The position numbers were made by a program, and so were the translations under genes. Positions 12,116 through 24,059 of a stretch of 48,995 nucleotides of DNA are shown here, one piece after another. Under the pieces are notes generated by a model. The model was given only the letters and a program-made list of their open reading frames with translations, searched no databases and was not told the origin of the DNA. Each line of letters starts with the position of its first letter. Position 1 is the first letter of the stretch. The stretch covers positions 1 through 48,995 of the forward strand of contig NW_024705392.1 of NCBI RefSeq assembly GCF_018977255.1, read 5' to 3'. Source of the DNA: Callorhinchus milii. Its lineage: Eukaryota.

Positions 12116-12767
12116 CCTGCCTGGTTCCCTGTGTCTGCAAGTGTCCATCCTGGCTGTGTGTGTGTGTGTTCAGCCTGGCTGTGTGTGAGTTTGTGTATGT
12201 ATTCAGCCTGGCTCAGTGTATGTGTGTGTGTGCTCAGCCTGGTTTTGTGTGTGTGTTCAGCCTGGCTGTGTGCGTGTGTGTTCAGCCTGGCTGTGTGTGT
12301 ATTTGTGTGTGTGTCCAGCCTAAATCTGTGTGTGTCCAGCCTGGCTCAGTGTGTGTGTTCGTGTGACCAGCCTGGCTCAGTGTGTGTGTGTGTGTGTCCA
12401 GCTTGGCTGTGCGTGTGTGTTCAGCCTAGCTGTGTGTGTTTCTGTATGTGTGTGTGAGCATGTGTCCATCCTGGCTCAGTGTGTGTGTCCAGCCTGGCTG
12501 TGTGTGTGTTTGTGTGTGTGTCCAGCCTAAATCTGTATGTGTGTGTGTGTGTTTCCAGTCTGGCTGTGTGTGTGTGTGTCCAGCCTGGCTCAGTGTGTAT
12601 GTCCAGCCTGACTCGGTGTGCTTATCTGCATGTGCCCAGCCTGGCTCCGTGTGTGTGCATGTGTCCAGCCTTCTCAGTGTTTGTGTATGTCCAGCCTTTC
12701 TGTGTGTGTGTGTGTTTGTGTGTGTATACAGCCTGGCTGTGTGTGTATTTTTGTGTGTGTGTCCAGC

Positions 12768-12807
<40 letters not shown>

Positions 12808-12850
12808 AGCCTGGCTGTGTATATGTTTGTGTTTGTATCCAACTTGGCTC
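10970..12850. repeat. Compound satellite (TG)n-TCCAGCCTGGC(TCAG) (partner ~32900-35175)
   Basis: Dozens of units with variable (TG)n length. Confidence 0.92.
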
Positions 12851-12860
12851 TGTGTGCGAT

Positions 12861-13434
12861 CCAGAGGATCGATTTCTAGATCCTCATCCTCACCTACACG
12901 GCAATTCACGGCCTCGCTCCCTCTACCTCTCGGACCGATTATCCCCAAACCTACCTGCCCGTACCCTCCATTCCTGTGGCTCCGGTCTGCTCCACATCCC
13001 CCGCCCCAACGGCCCTACCATCGGTGGCCTTCAGCCTCTCAGCCCCGAGCCTCTGGAACTCTATCCCCAGTGCCTTCGCTGCTTCCTCCCTTTCCTCCTT
13101 CAAGGCCGGTCTCAAGATCTTTCACTTTGACCTTCAGCTTTCATCTCCCCTCTCGACTCTCTGCCCCCTCCTCGCTCCCTCCCTTCCCCCCCCTCACCCT
13201 GACCATTCCCCCCCTACTCGCTCGCTCCCTTCCCCCCCTCACCCTGACCATTCCCCCCCTACTCGCTCCCTCCCTTCCCCCCTCACCCTGACCATTCCCC
13301 ACTCCTCGCTCCCTCCCTTCCCTCCCCTCACCCTGACCATTTCCCCCAATGCATAAATCCTGACCCAACTGTACAGCGCCTTGGGACTTCCTCCCGACGT
13401 GAAAGCGCTTTAGAAATGGAATCTTGTTGTTGTT
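12861..13434 (+). mobile_element. 5'-truncated L2 LINE with (TTG)n tail (arm partner ~32276-32890, minus strand)
   Basis: ORF2 C-terminal remnant (AFSLSAP.LWNSIP), C-rich 3' UTR with ccctcaccctgaccattccccc repeats, ending gcgccttgggac...aaatggaatc(ttg)n. Confidence 0.85.
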
Positions 13435-13439
13435 GTTTG

Positions 13440-14165
13440 CAGTTGGGAGTGTTTGCGCAGGGGAGTGTTTCCGTGAGGGAGTGTTTGCGTGAGGGAGTGT
13501 TTGCGCGAGAGAGTGTTTGCGCGAGAGAGTGTTTGCACGTGGGAGTGTTTTCGCGATGCAGTGGTTGCTCAAGGGAGTGTTTGCAGATGGAAGACTTTGT
13601 GCATTGTGTCTATGTGTATGCGGGTATTTACACGTGGAAGTCTTTGCGTGTGGGAGTGCTCACGCATGGGAGAGTTTGCGTGTTGGAGTGTGTTTGCGCC
13701 TGGGAGTGTTTGCGCGGGGGCGTGTTTGCGCATGGACATGTTTGCGCAAGGCAGTGTTTGCACAAGGGAGTGTTTGCACTTGGCAGTGTTTGCGCAGGGG
13801 AGTGTTTGCGCGAGAGTGTTTGTGCGTGGAAAAGTTACCGCGTGGAAAAGTTTGCGTGTGGGAGTGCTCGCGCCTGGGAGTGCTCGCGTGTGGGAGTGTT
13901 TGTGCGTGGGAGTGTTTGCACGTGGGAGTGTTTACGCAAGGGAGTGTTTGCACATGGAAGACTTTGTGAATGGGGGTCTATGTGTGCGGGGATATTTACA
14001 CATGGGAGTCCTTCCACGTGGGAGTGCTCGCGCATGGGAGTGTTTGAGAAATGGAGCATTTGTGCAATGGAGTGTTTGCTCAGTGAAGTGTTTGCACAGG
14101 GGAGTGTTTGCGCAAGTGAGACTTTGCGCAAGGGAGCCTTTGCGGAAGGGAGTGTTTGCGCAAGA
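13440..14165. repeat. ~16-17 bp minisatellite GGGAGTGTTTGCGCA(N) (partner ~31545-32270)
   Basis: Tandem gggagtgtttgcgc/gcac units. Confidence 0.9.
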
Positions 14166-14999
14166 GATAGTAGGCCGAAGGGCCTACTCCTGCTGCTAAA
14201 TTCTTTTGTTCTTATCTTCTCACACAGACACACACACAAACACATTTACATGCAGAGAGAAACTGACACACATACACACACACACACAGTTACACACAGA
14301 GAGACTGACACACACACACAGACACCCACAGAGAGAGTGATACACACACAGACACACACAGACACAGTGACACACAGAGAGTGATACTGACACATGCACA
14401 CACACAGACTGCCCTCCCTGCCCTCAGTGAGAAGACAGAGGGTGTTCAGTCAACAACTAAAGCCGCGGCTTCTTGTTCTGATCCCGTCTCATTCTTTTCA
14501 CAGAAAAACAGAAAAACAGGAAACCATGAGCTGCGGTAACACACCACAGGGGATGTGCAGCGCTGAACTCACAGCCTCATGTTCCTCTCGGCTACTTACA
14601 GTCACAGCTCGAGAGCAAAGGGCAAAACAACATGGAAATCAAACACAGCTCAAATATACCATCAACACAGAGCAAAAGCTCAAAATGGGCCATTTGTTTC
14701 ACTGATTATCGGACGCTTGTGAATGTGCATTTGGTGTAAATCTCTTAGTTTGTGCTGTAAAACCATGTTGTATTGAGTTAACTTGTATCACCATAATTAG
14801 GGCGTTACACACACAGCCCAGACCTGCGGTTTATATCTTAATGAACACAGAAAATGCAGCGCTTTCACAAACACATAATTTCCTGCCTAGGCCTCAATGA
14901 CACTGTAACCGGTAACTGACTGAAACACAGAGACACACACAGGCAGAGAGGCCGAGAGAGAATGATACGTACAGACAAAGAGAGATTGTTATGGAGATG

Positions 15000-17900
15000 T
15001 ACTTTTGCACACACAGAGATAGACAGAGATACACACAGCCAGAGAGAGGGAAATACACACACACAGCGAGAGAGAGAGAGAGAAATACACACATAGACAG
15101 AGAGAGAGAAACACACACAGCCAGAGAGAGAGAGAAACACACACACAGCCAGAGAGAGAGAGAAACACACACACAGCCAGAGAGAGAGAGAAACACACAC
15201 AGCCAGAGAGAGAGAGAGACACACACAGACAGAGAGAAAGAGAAACACACAGCCAGTTAGAGAGAGAAACACACACATGGACAGAGAGAGAAACAAACAC
15301 ACAGACAGAGAGAGAAAAACACACACACAGCCAGAGTGAGAGAGGAACACACACACAGCCAGAGAGAGTGAAGCACACACAGACATGGCCAGAGAGAAAC
15401 ACACACACAGACAAAGAGAGAGAGAAACACCCACAAAGCCAGAGAGAGAGAAACACACACACAGACAGAGAGAGAGAGAAACACCCACAAAGCCAGAGAG
15501 AGAGAAACACACACACAGACACAGAGACAGAAACACACACACAGCCAGAGAGATAGAGAAACACACACACAGCCAGAGAGAGAGAGAACACACACACACA
15601 GACAGAGAGAGAGAAACACACACACAGCCAGAGAGAGAGAAACACACACACAGCCAGAGAGAGAGAGAGGAACATACACACAGCCAGAGAGAGTGAAGCA
15701 CACACAGACATGGCCAGAGAGAAACACACACACAGACAGAGAAAGAGACACACACACACATCCAGAGAGAGAGAGAAAAACACACACACAGACAGAGAGA
15801 GATGAACACATACACACAGCCAGAGAGATAGAGACACACACACACATCCAGAGAGAGAGAGAAACACACACACACAGAGAAACACACACACACAAGCCAG
15901 AGAGAGAGAGAAACACACACACAGCCAGAGAGAGAGAGAGAAACACACACACAGACAGAGAGAGAAACACACACACAGCCAGAGAGAGAGAGAAACACAC
16001 ACACAGCCAGAGAGAGAGAGAGAAACACACAACAGCCAAGAGAGAGAACACACCAGCAGAGAGAGAAACACACACACAGACAGAGAGAGAAACACACACA
16101 CAGCCAGAGAGAGAGAAACACACACACAGCCAGAGAGAGAGAGAAACACACACACAGCCAGAGAGAGAGAGAACACACACACAGCCAGAGAGAGAGAGAG
16201 AACACACACCACAGCAGAGAGAGAGAAAACACACAGACAGAGAGAAAGAGAGACACACACACAGACAGAGAGAGAGAGAAACACACACACAGCCAGAGAG
16301 AGAGAAAAACACACACACAGACAGAGAGAGAGAAACACACACACAGCCAGAGAGAGAGAGAAACACAACACACAGCCAGAGAGAGAGAGAGAAACACACA
16401 CAAACCACAGAGAGAGAAACACACACACAGCCAGAGAGAGAGAGAAACACACACACAGCCAGAGAGAGAGAGAAACACACACACACAGCCAGAGAGAGAG
16501 AGAAACACACACACAGCCAGAGAGAGAGAGAGAGAAACACACAGCCAGAGAGAGAGAGAAACACACACATGGACAGAGAGAGAAACAAACACACAGACAG
16601 AGAGAGAAAAACACACACACAGCCAGAGTGAGAGAGGAACACACACACAGCCAGAGAGAGAGGAACACACACACAGCCAGAGAGAGAGAGACACACACAC
16701 AGACAGAGAGAAGAGAAACACACAGCCAGAGAGAGAGAGAAACACAACACAGAGCCAGAGAGATAGAAAAACACACACACAGACAGAGAGAGAGAACACA
16801 CACACAGCCAGAGAGATAGAGAAACACACACACAGCCAGAGAGAGAGAAACACACACACAGCCAGAGAGAGAGAGAAAAACACACACACAGACAGAGAGA
16901 GAGAGAAACACACACACAGCCAGAGAGAGAGAGAAACACACACACAGCCAGAGAGAGAGAGAAACACACACACAGACAGAGAGAGAGAAACACACACAGC
17001 CAGAGAGAGGGAGAAACACACACACAGACAGAGAGAGAGAGAAACACACACACAGACAGAGAGAAGAGACACACACAGCCAGAGAGAGAGAGAAACACAC
17101 ACACAGACAGAGAGAGAGAGAAACACACACATGGACAGAGAGAGAAACAAACACACAGACAGAGAGAGAAAAACACACACACAGCCAGAGAGAGAGAGAG
17201 GAACACACACACAGCCAGAGAGAGAGAAACACACACACAGACACAGAGAGAAACACACACACACAGACAGAGAGAGAGAAACACCCACATAGACAGAGAG
17301 AGAAGCACACACAGACAGAGACAGAAACACACACACAGCCAGAGAGAGAGATAAACACACACACAGCCAGAGAGAGAGAGAAACACACACACAGCCAGAG
17401 AGAGAGAGAAACACACACACAGCCAGAGAGAGAGAAACACACACACAGCCAGAGAGAGAGAGAGAAACACACACACAGCCAGAGAGAGAGAAACACACAC
17501 ACACAGACAGAGAGAGAGAGAAACACACACACAGCCAGAGAGAGAGAAACACACACACACAGACAGAGAGAGAGAGAAACACACACACAGCCAAAGAGAG
17601 AGAAACACACACACACAAACAGGGAGATAGAGAAACACACACACAGCCAGAGAGAGAGAGAAACACACACACAGACAGAGAGAGAGAAACACACACACAG
17701 CCAGAGAGAGAGAGAGAAACACACACACAGCCAGAGAGAGAGAGAAACACACACACAGCCAGAGAGAGAGAGAGAAACACACACACAGACAGAGAGAGAG
17801 AAACACACACACAGCCAGAGAGAGAGAGAAACACACACACAGCCAGAGAGAGAGAGAAACACACACACAGCCAGAGAGAGAGAGAAACACACACACAGCC

Positions 17901-18720
17901 AGAGAGAGAGAAACACACACACAGCCAGAGAGAGAGAGAGAAACACACACACAGACAGAGAGAGAGAAACACACACACAGCCAGAGAGAGAGAGAAACAC
18001 ACACACAGCCAGAGAGAGAGAGAAACACACACACAGCCAGAGAGAGAGAGAACACACACACAGACAGAGAGAGAGAAACACACACACAGCCAGAGAGAGA
18101 GAACACACACACAGCCAGAGAGAGAGAGAGAAACACACACACAGACATAGAGAGAGAAACACACACACAGCCAGAGAGAGAGAGAAACACACACACAGCC
18201 AGAGAGAGAGAAACACACACACAGACAGAGAGAGAGAAACACACGCACAGATAGAGAGAGAGAAACACACACACAGCCAGAGAGATAGAGAAACACACAC
18301 ACAGAGAGAGAGAGAGAAACACACACAGCCAGAGAGAGAGAAACACACACACAGCCAGAGAGAGAGAAACACACACACACACACAGAGATACACAGAGGG
18401 AGGGAGATACAGAAACACATAGGGAGATACAGAGAGAGAGATATACAGTGACCCACACAGACTCAGATCTGCAGACACACACAAAGACACAGGGTGTGAT
18501 ACATAGAGAAATACAGAATCACACACAGACAGAGATGCACATAGACACAGACACAGAGAGCTACAGAGAGCGAGAGATACAGAGAAAGACGAAGAGAGTT
18601 ACAGACACACACACAGACACAGAGATACACAGAGAGAGATTCAGAGATACACACAGACACAGAGAGATACACACAGAAACGAACAGAGACAAACACAGCA
18701 AAGCAATGTACAGACACACA
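15000..18720. repeat. Compound satellite CC(AG)nAA(AC)nAG, ~3.7 kb (partial reverse complement at 29978-30720)
   Basis: agccagagagagagagaaacacacacac units; explains the >1000-aa stop-free ORFs on the minus strand. Confidence 0.95.
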
Positions 18721-19002
18721 CAGCGCGCTATATCAAATACAAGGATTACTGTTATTAATTTGATTCACACTCTCAGTCGGCCATTGTAACTAGGCCCAGG
18801 CGGCCACTTCTGACGGCCAATTTGAGGCCATGTTCAAACGAGAAAATAATTATGCAGAATTATATTTCAAATTTTAATAAAAGAAGGAACTGTTGGACCA
18901 CATGGAAGCATTTCAATATTCATTACAAAACTAAATGCTTTGTCATGAGCTGCAGACTTTTCCGCACATAAAAGCCACCGTAATGGAGCTCTGTGTTCTA
19001 AA

Positions 19003-19245
19003 GGAAATTCCCTGCTCTCTCTGCTCGTTGTGTCCATACCGGTGCCCGCTCCCCGCGCACCGGAAATCTGTAGTCTAATCACATTCTGCTGCTAAGAAAC
19101 CATGTTAGAGAAAAGAGGTTTAGATTTGATCATTTCTTTCTTTCTTGTTCAAAATTTTCCGCTTCAGAATCAGAAAAATCACTTCCTGTAAAGAGAATGT
19201 GAAAAAGCAACACGGAAAATACAATTTGGTTTCGGTTTCATAAAA
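19003..19245 (+). promoter_or_regulatory. Cluster of innate-immune cis elements (NF-kB, ETS, ISRE, TATA-like) upstream of the CALHM-like gene
   Basis: GGAAATTCCC at 19003-19012 (reverse complement GGGAATTTCC), ACTTCCTG at 19181-19188, GGTTTCGGTTTCA at 19228-19240 (reverse complement TGAAACCGAAACC), CATAAAA at 19239-19245. About 2 kb before the CALHM ATG. Confidence 0.55.
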
Positions 19246-19767
19246 GCGTCTTTCAGAGCTTTACAGTGATGCACACTTATTGATTGAAATTATTTATCTA
19301 ATTTCTACCTTGGTTTTCCAGGCAACGAAGCGTATCATGATACCAGAGGCCACTGTTACAGACCAGAATTAGATCGGTCAGTTTTCCAGTCACCATTCAT
19401 TGCCGTCCCACCCAACTGTTGTCACACAGAAACAGATTTCTAGAAGGACAACAAGTGAGAATAATTTACGATAGTTTACAGCATCACCTCGGAGCTGAGG
19501 CCAGGATTTGGAATGTAGTAGTGAACTTAACGGAAAAGGAGTCTCGGTCTCTCCTCTCTCTGTAGGAAACCCCGGTTCCTGAGCCACATGGATCCGCAGA
19601 GTTCCAGTTCACTGCCCAACACAGACCGGCCCAGGCCTCGGAATGGAGAAGACAAGTCACTGTGAAAGGGCTCGGGTACTGATAAGTTGACTGAGGTGAA
19701 AGATGTTTGTCAGGTTACGGTATGAATGGATAATACTACTACTACTACTACTAATAATAATAATTTC

Positions 19768-20098
19768 GGAATCCTGTAGCTCATTGGTTAGAGCACTCGC
19801 TTTACAAGTGAGAGACCTGAGTTCAATCCCCGGCAGGTGAGGGCGAAACCTTGGGCAAGTTTCCTTACTACACACGGAGCCTAATAATAATCCCTCCAAA
19901 ACCGAAAACAATAATAAATTGGACATTTTCAATCTACGACTGTTTGTGGGACATTGCTGTGCGCAATTGGCTGCCGCGCTCGCCCACAAATATACTATCA
20001 ATTCACTTTACAGTGTGTTCTGTGCAGCGCTTTGGGACGTCCTCCTGACGTGAAAAGCGCGATATCAAATGCAAGGATTATTATTATTTTTATTATTA
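19768..20098 (+). mobile_element. Full-length SINE of the same family
   Basis: GGAATCCTGTAGCTCATTGGTTAGAGCACTCGC...GAGTTCAATCCC...ATCAAATGCAAGG(ATT)n. Confidence 0.9.
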
Positions 20099-20255
20099 TA
20101 ATAATAATCCTTGCATTTGCTATAGCGCCTTATCAAATCTTCAAGACGTCTCTCACCGCTGTGCAGAAGATACCGTAAAATGAATTGACTGTATATTTTG
20201 CGGTCGAAATACGGCAGCCAATTGAGTACAGCAGTGACCCACAAACAGCCATGGA
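20099..20255 (-). mobile_element. Older SINE 3' fragment, tail-to-tail with 19768-20098
   Basis: ataataatccttgcatttgctatagcgcc...ggcagccaattgag...acaaacagcc is the reverse complement of the SINE 3' half. Confidence 0.8.
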
Positions 20256-20864
20256 TTTGGGAATCAATTTCTTCTCATTATTAGTTTTTTAAACAAATTG
20301 AAGGATTTATTAAACCCGAAAAAGCAATATTATAATCAATGAATGAACTGACAATCCCAATTGGGTGTAATAAAGGTTTATTGTAACATAATTGGGACCA
20401 TTAATTCAACATGTATCTCAAGTAATACTTAGAGAAACAAAACCATATTGTCCAGTTCTTGAGCCTGACATACCACTCAGAGCTACGTCTCTTGCTCTCT
20501 ATCTCTCTCTCTCTCTATAGTGCATCTGTCTCTCGAGCTCTTACTGCTGGGACGAATCTTGTCCAGACTCATCTTTTATCATGTTAACAGCATATTGCTG
20601 TTTATAAGTGTTGTCCATTTTCCCGTGCATTTTCCCCCTTAGCTGTTTTCTTTCCGTTTGTTCATCATCTTTTTACTGCGGGGCTGTTGAAATAAAACCG
20701 CAGTAAATTACCTCAATGACACAGAACTTGATAACTTCCCGATTTCTTTGTCAATATCAGTTCGTTTGTTAGTCCTGTTGTAATCATACTTGTCCTTAGC
20801 TTATCGCCTGAGACATTATGGTCTGCTATCTATCTCATCAGCATTTCCGAACAACAACTTGAGT

Positions 20865-20960
20865 AAAGAAACTTGTTGAACGTTTTGCCCAGCCGGGGAA
20901 TCGAAACCAGGTCATATCGCTTGCGAGGTGTGTCTTCTAACCACTGAGCTCCAGGACGTA
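20865..20960 (-). mobile_element. SINE tRNA-head remnant
   Basis: Reverse complement reads gtcctggagctcagtggttagaagacac...cctggtttcgattccccggctgggcaaaacg. Confidence 0.65.
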
Positions 20961-21222
20961 ATCTTCTCGAATCTGTGACAAGGCTGTACTCCACCAGCAC
21001 TGCCCTACAGTGTCAACCTGGACCAGGAGCTCAAATGCCCCGATGCGAAGCTTGAACCCAGAACATTCAAATTAGAAAGTGAGACGGACTGAGTCAGGGT
21101 CACATAAGCAGCTCGTCCGGAAAGATCAACGAGTTTTGTGCGAGGTCACCGCCGACTGCTATCAGACGTCTTCACCACTGGCACAAGCTGATCGCCAAAT
21201 ACTCAGCAGCACCACGGGAAAG

Positions 21223-21702
21223 ATGCCGGGAATACAATACAGCAGCCTGAAATACTTGCTGAAGCAACTGACCAAACCAAACACAATCTTAGGAAATGTT
21301 ACCGTTTTTTTTGTCCTCGCTGCAGTCGAAGAATTGTTGGAGCTGACGTTTTCATGTCCTTGTGATCCAAAATTTAACGAGAAGTATGTCACTTTGTTCT
21401 TTGTCCTTCCTGCCAGTTTGCTTATTTTAATTGGCATAGTGGCACAAGAAAATCTACCTAACCGTTGTTCGGATTATAAGAAAAACATATGTTTTCTGGC
21501 ACAAATTATCGCCCCTCCCCTTATGTGGACTGTTTTGCTTTTCCTGGACGGTGATTACTTGATTTGTGCAAAATCTGAAGGAGATATCAGGAAGGAAAAC
21601 AATCAGAGAAACCAAGGTTCAGATTCCTGCAACGTATCAGGAGAAAATCAAACACTGGAAACCGAAGACAAGCATGTCACCAAGAATCTCCTGACATCAC
21701 AG
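21223..21702 (+). CDS. CALHM (FAM26)-family channel-like gene, coding exon 1 (TM1-TM3)
   Basis: MPGIQYSSLKYLLKQL...FSCPCDPKFNEKYVTLFFVLPASLLILIG...IAPPLMWTVLLFLDGDYLICA...LLTSQ|gtaagt. Has the F.CPC, P..W...LDG.Y..CA and terminal SQ motifs, with the family-typical phase-0 intron after SQ. Paralogue cannot be assigned, so no symbol. Confidence 0.9.
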
Positions 21703-22433
21703 GTAAGTTCATTTTTGCAGACAACTTCCCAAACAGACACTTGGCGGCTGAATTCAGGGAAACGCATAATCGACCATAAAAATGCCCGTGTGGGTCATTA
21801 ACTCGCGTTAACCTCCTGCTATCCACCCTCCCCCACCCAGACCCCCGTCTCGGGTACGTAACTCTGTCTGTCCAGTGACTTGGGACATCCTACGACATGA
21901 AAGGCGCTATAAAAAAGTTATTTTGTTGTTGGTGTAACCATTAGTAGATCGTGAACTCACTGCATTGGATCTTTGAGAATGATTTAAGGGCTCTCCAGCC
22001 ATTCTTGAGAGCAAACCGTGTGAAAAGTGTGGAACCGCTGAGGTAAACAAATCCCCGTATGCTGTTGGTCGTCAAACATAAATTCTATTTGATATTGGTC
22101 TCTGTCTTCTACCGTGACTGCAAATTTTTTTACGTTTGTCCAATTTAGTACAACGTTGAACTTTAGGAGAAATCTGGGAAAACAAAGTCGATGTTTTGAG
22201 AACAATAGGGGAACAGATATGGCTCACCGAATTTAGCTTACGATAATCAACAGTTAATTACTATGAACCTCAGCTTTTTGATGGCCAAATAGGTGAGTTT
22301 TAAGCAAAATATCCCGGTCCAACATTCCTTGTTTGATTAATAAATTAATGGTGTTTCTTTGTAATAAGTATGGACTTATTATTCCTACTGTTTGTACTAT
22401 TTCAATGTATGATCTAAGTCTCTACTTCCTTAG

Positions 22434-22738
22434 CTGTAGCTCAGTGGTTAGTGCACTCGCTTTGCAAGTGAGAGAACTGTGTTCAATTCCAGGCAGGTCA
22501 GGGCAAAACCTTGGGCAAGTTTCCTTACTCCATACAGAGCCTAATAATAATCCCTCCCAAACCAAAAACAATAATAAATTGGTCATTTTCAATCTACGAC
22601 TGTGTGTGGGACATTGCTGTGCGCAATTGGCTGCCGCGTTCGCCCACAAATATACAGTCAATTCACTTTACAGTGTGTTCTGTGAATCGCTTTGGGACGT
22701 CTTCCCGACGTGAAAAGCGCTATATCAAATGCAAGGAA

Positions 22739-22769
<31 letters not shown>
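22434..22769 (+). mobile_element. Full-length SINE in CALHM intron 1
   Basis: CTGTAGCTCAGTGGTTAGTGCACTCGC...GCGCTATATCAAATGCAAGG followed by a long (TAT)n tail. Confidence 0.9.
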
Positions 22770-22771
<2 letters not shown>

Positions 22772-22839
22772 ATCTGTAACTTTTATGCTCAAATATTTAA
22801 CGTTTACACTACCACTGTCCCTTTAATATCTTGGGCTTC

Positions 22840-23330
22840 TAATTTGCTTACACGTCTCTAATGAGGGACTTCATCAAATCCCGTTTGAAAATCCATATGA
22901 ACTACATCAACTGAAGTACCTCCATCCACCCTTTCCGTTATGAAAAGTCTATCAGCTTCGTTGGACAAAATTTGCCTTCAACATATTTGTGTTCGCTGTC
23001 CTTTACTACGCCATATTTTTCTAAGTAAAAATTTATTTTGTCCCGGATTATAGTCTCCAGAAGTTTCTCCACGACTGACGTTAGGCTAACTGGCCTGTAG
23101 TTCCCGGGTTTACACTTCTGNCCCCCTTTTTTTACAGGGGAGTAACCTTTGCAAACCCCCAGTACTCTGGTACTACCCCGGTGTCCAAGGAGGATTGAAA
23201 GATTGTGACCAGAGCCTCCATTATTTCCACCCTTACTTCCCTTGGTAACCTTGGATGTATCCCATTCTGGGTCACTTATCTACCTTGAGCACCGTCAACT
23301 TTATTAGTACCTACCTCCACTTTCTTTATT
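22840..23330 (-). mobile_element. CR1-type reverse-transcriptase fragment in CALHM intron 1
   Basis: Minus strand carries decayed RT motifs (PGNYRPVSLTSVV.KLLE, VDVVHMDF..FD). Confidence 0.7.
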
Positions 23331-23549
23331 CTTATCTTATGCAATTCTTCTACCATCTCCTCCGACACTATGGCTTTGGCTGCATCCTTTAACATTTCCA
23401 AACCACTCTTCTACCTCGCAGTTAGAAGGTTGTTCCAGTCGCATACCACCGACGTACAGATCACAGCCATTGCTGACGTTAGCGAGCAATGCTCGGGAGA
23501 GTGCCACCTTGTCGGGGTGCAGTATTATTATCCTTGGATGCACGCTTCA

Positions 23550-23770
23550 CCTCACAGATCCAGTCCGGAAACTTGATATCTTGTTTGACCCTCAACGGTC
23601 CTTTAGACCCCACATCCATGCCATGACCAGCTTTGCCATCCCCACCTCTGCAACATCGCCCACCACAGACTCACGCATGAGGCCGCCGAAACCCCATTGT
23701 CGCGGACGTCACATCCACGTCGACTTTGCCAACTCCCCGCTTGTCAGCATTCCCAATTCTTCTACGCATA
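23550..23770 (+). mobile_element. Decayed L2 fragment
   Basis: VRKLDILFDPQRSFRPHIHAMT, L2-like; heavily degenerate. Confidence 0.55.
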
Positions 23771-23898
23771 ATAATATAATATAATTTTGTACTCAATTTT
23801 GTATTATGTCATGCCTAGTGTTCCTGCGGCTTTCTCTTATTCTCAGGAAACTATTATGAAACTGCAATCTAATAAATGTTTTGTTTTCTTCTCCACAG

Positions 23899-23989
23899 CT
23901 CACTGGTGGTGTCTTACTCGTTTCCATCTTCTTGGTTTTGATGGTTTATCAATTTGGTTGTCCAGATTACGAAAAAAACTGCCGGTACA
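23899..23989 (+). CDS. CALHM-like gene, coding exon 2 (TM4)
   Basis: ttgttttcttctccacag|LTGGVLLVSIFLVLMVYQFGCPDYEKNCRY, in frame with exon 1 (SQ-LTGG corresponds to SQxxGW). Ends at a candidate donor A|gtaagc; if unspliced it reads to a stop at 24073-24075. Confidence 0.75.
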
Positions 23990-24059
23990 GTAAGCCCAAG
24001 ATTACGGGGAGGGGTGGTGTGGGGGTGGTGTGGGCGGGGGAGTGTGATGATGTGTTGGG

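Larger units (their letters stand above)
1..15755. repeat. Left arm of a large inverted segmental duplication (continues beyond the left window edge)
   Basis: Collinear reverse-complement match to ~29,978-47,027. Examples: SRCR exon 938-1264 vs 45131-45765; mini-exon 3896-3931 vs 42409-42444; CR1 5955-6500 vs 39765-40310; ORF 14394-14705(+) vs 31011-31322(-) differ at one residue. Inner boundary lies within the satellite and is approximate. Confidence 0.95.

Noticed and set aside
10907..14384. Cys/Val-rich ORFs (and their partners at 29922-35259)
   Set aside because: Products of the (TG)n-CCAGCCTGGC and GGGAGTGTTTGC satellites; no domain signature or splice structure.
14865..18526. Three >1000-aa ORFs on the minus strand
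   Set aside because: Translation of the (TC)n(TG)n satellite, open in all three frames because it lacks stop codons; low-complexity C/V/S/L sequence.
20300..20860. Possible LTR or other repeat fragment upstream of CALHM
   Set aside because: No second LTR, PBS/PPT or clear TG...CA termini with a TSD could be established by eye.
21079..21222. N-terminal extension of the CALHM ORF from a GTG start, and read-through to 21801
   Set aside because: The first ATG at 21223 gives a family-typical N-terminus length, and a strong donor at 21703 ends the exon.
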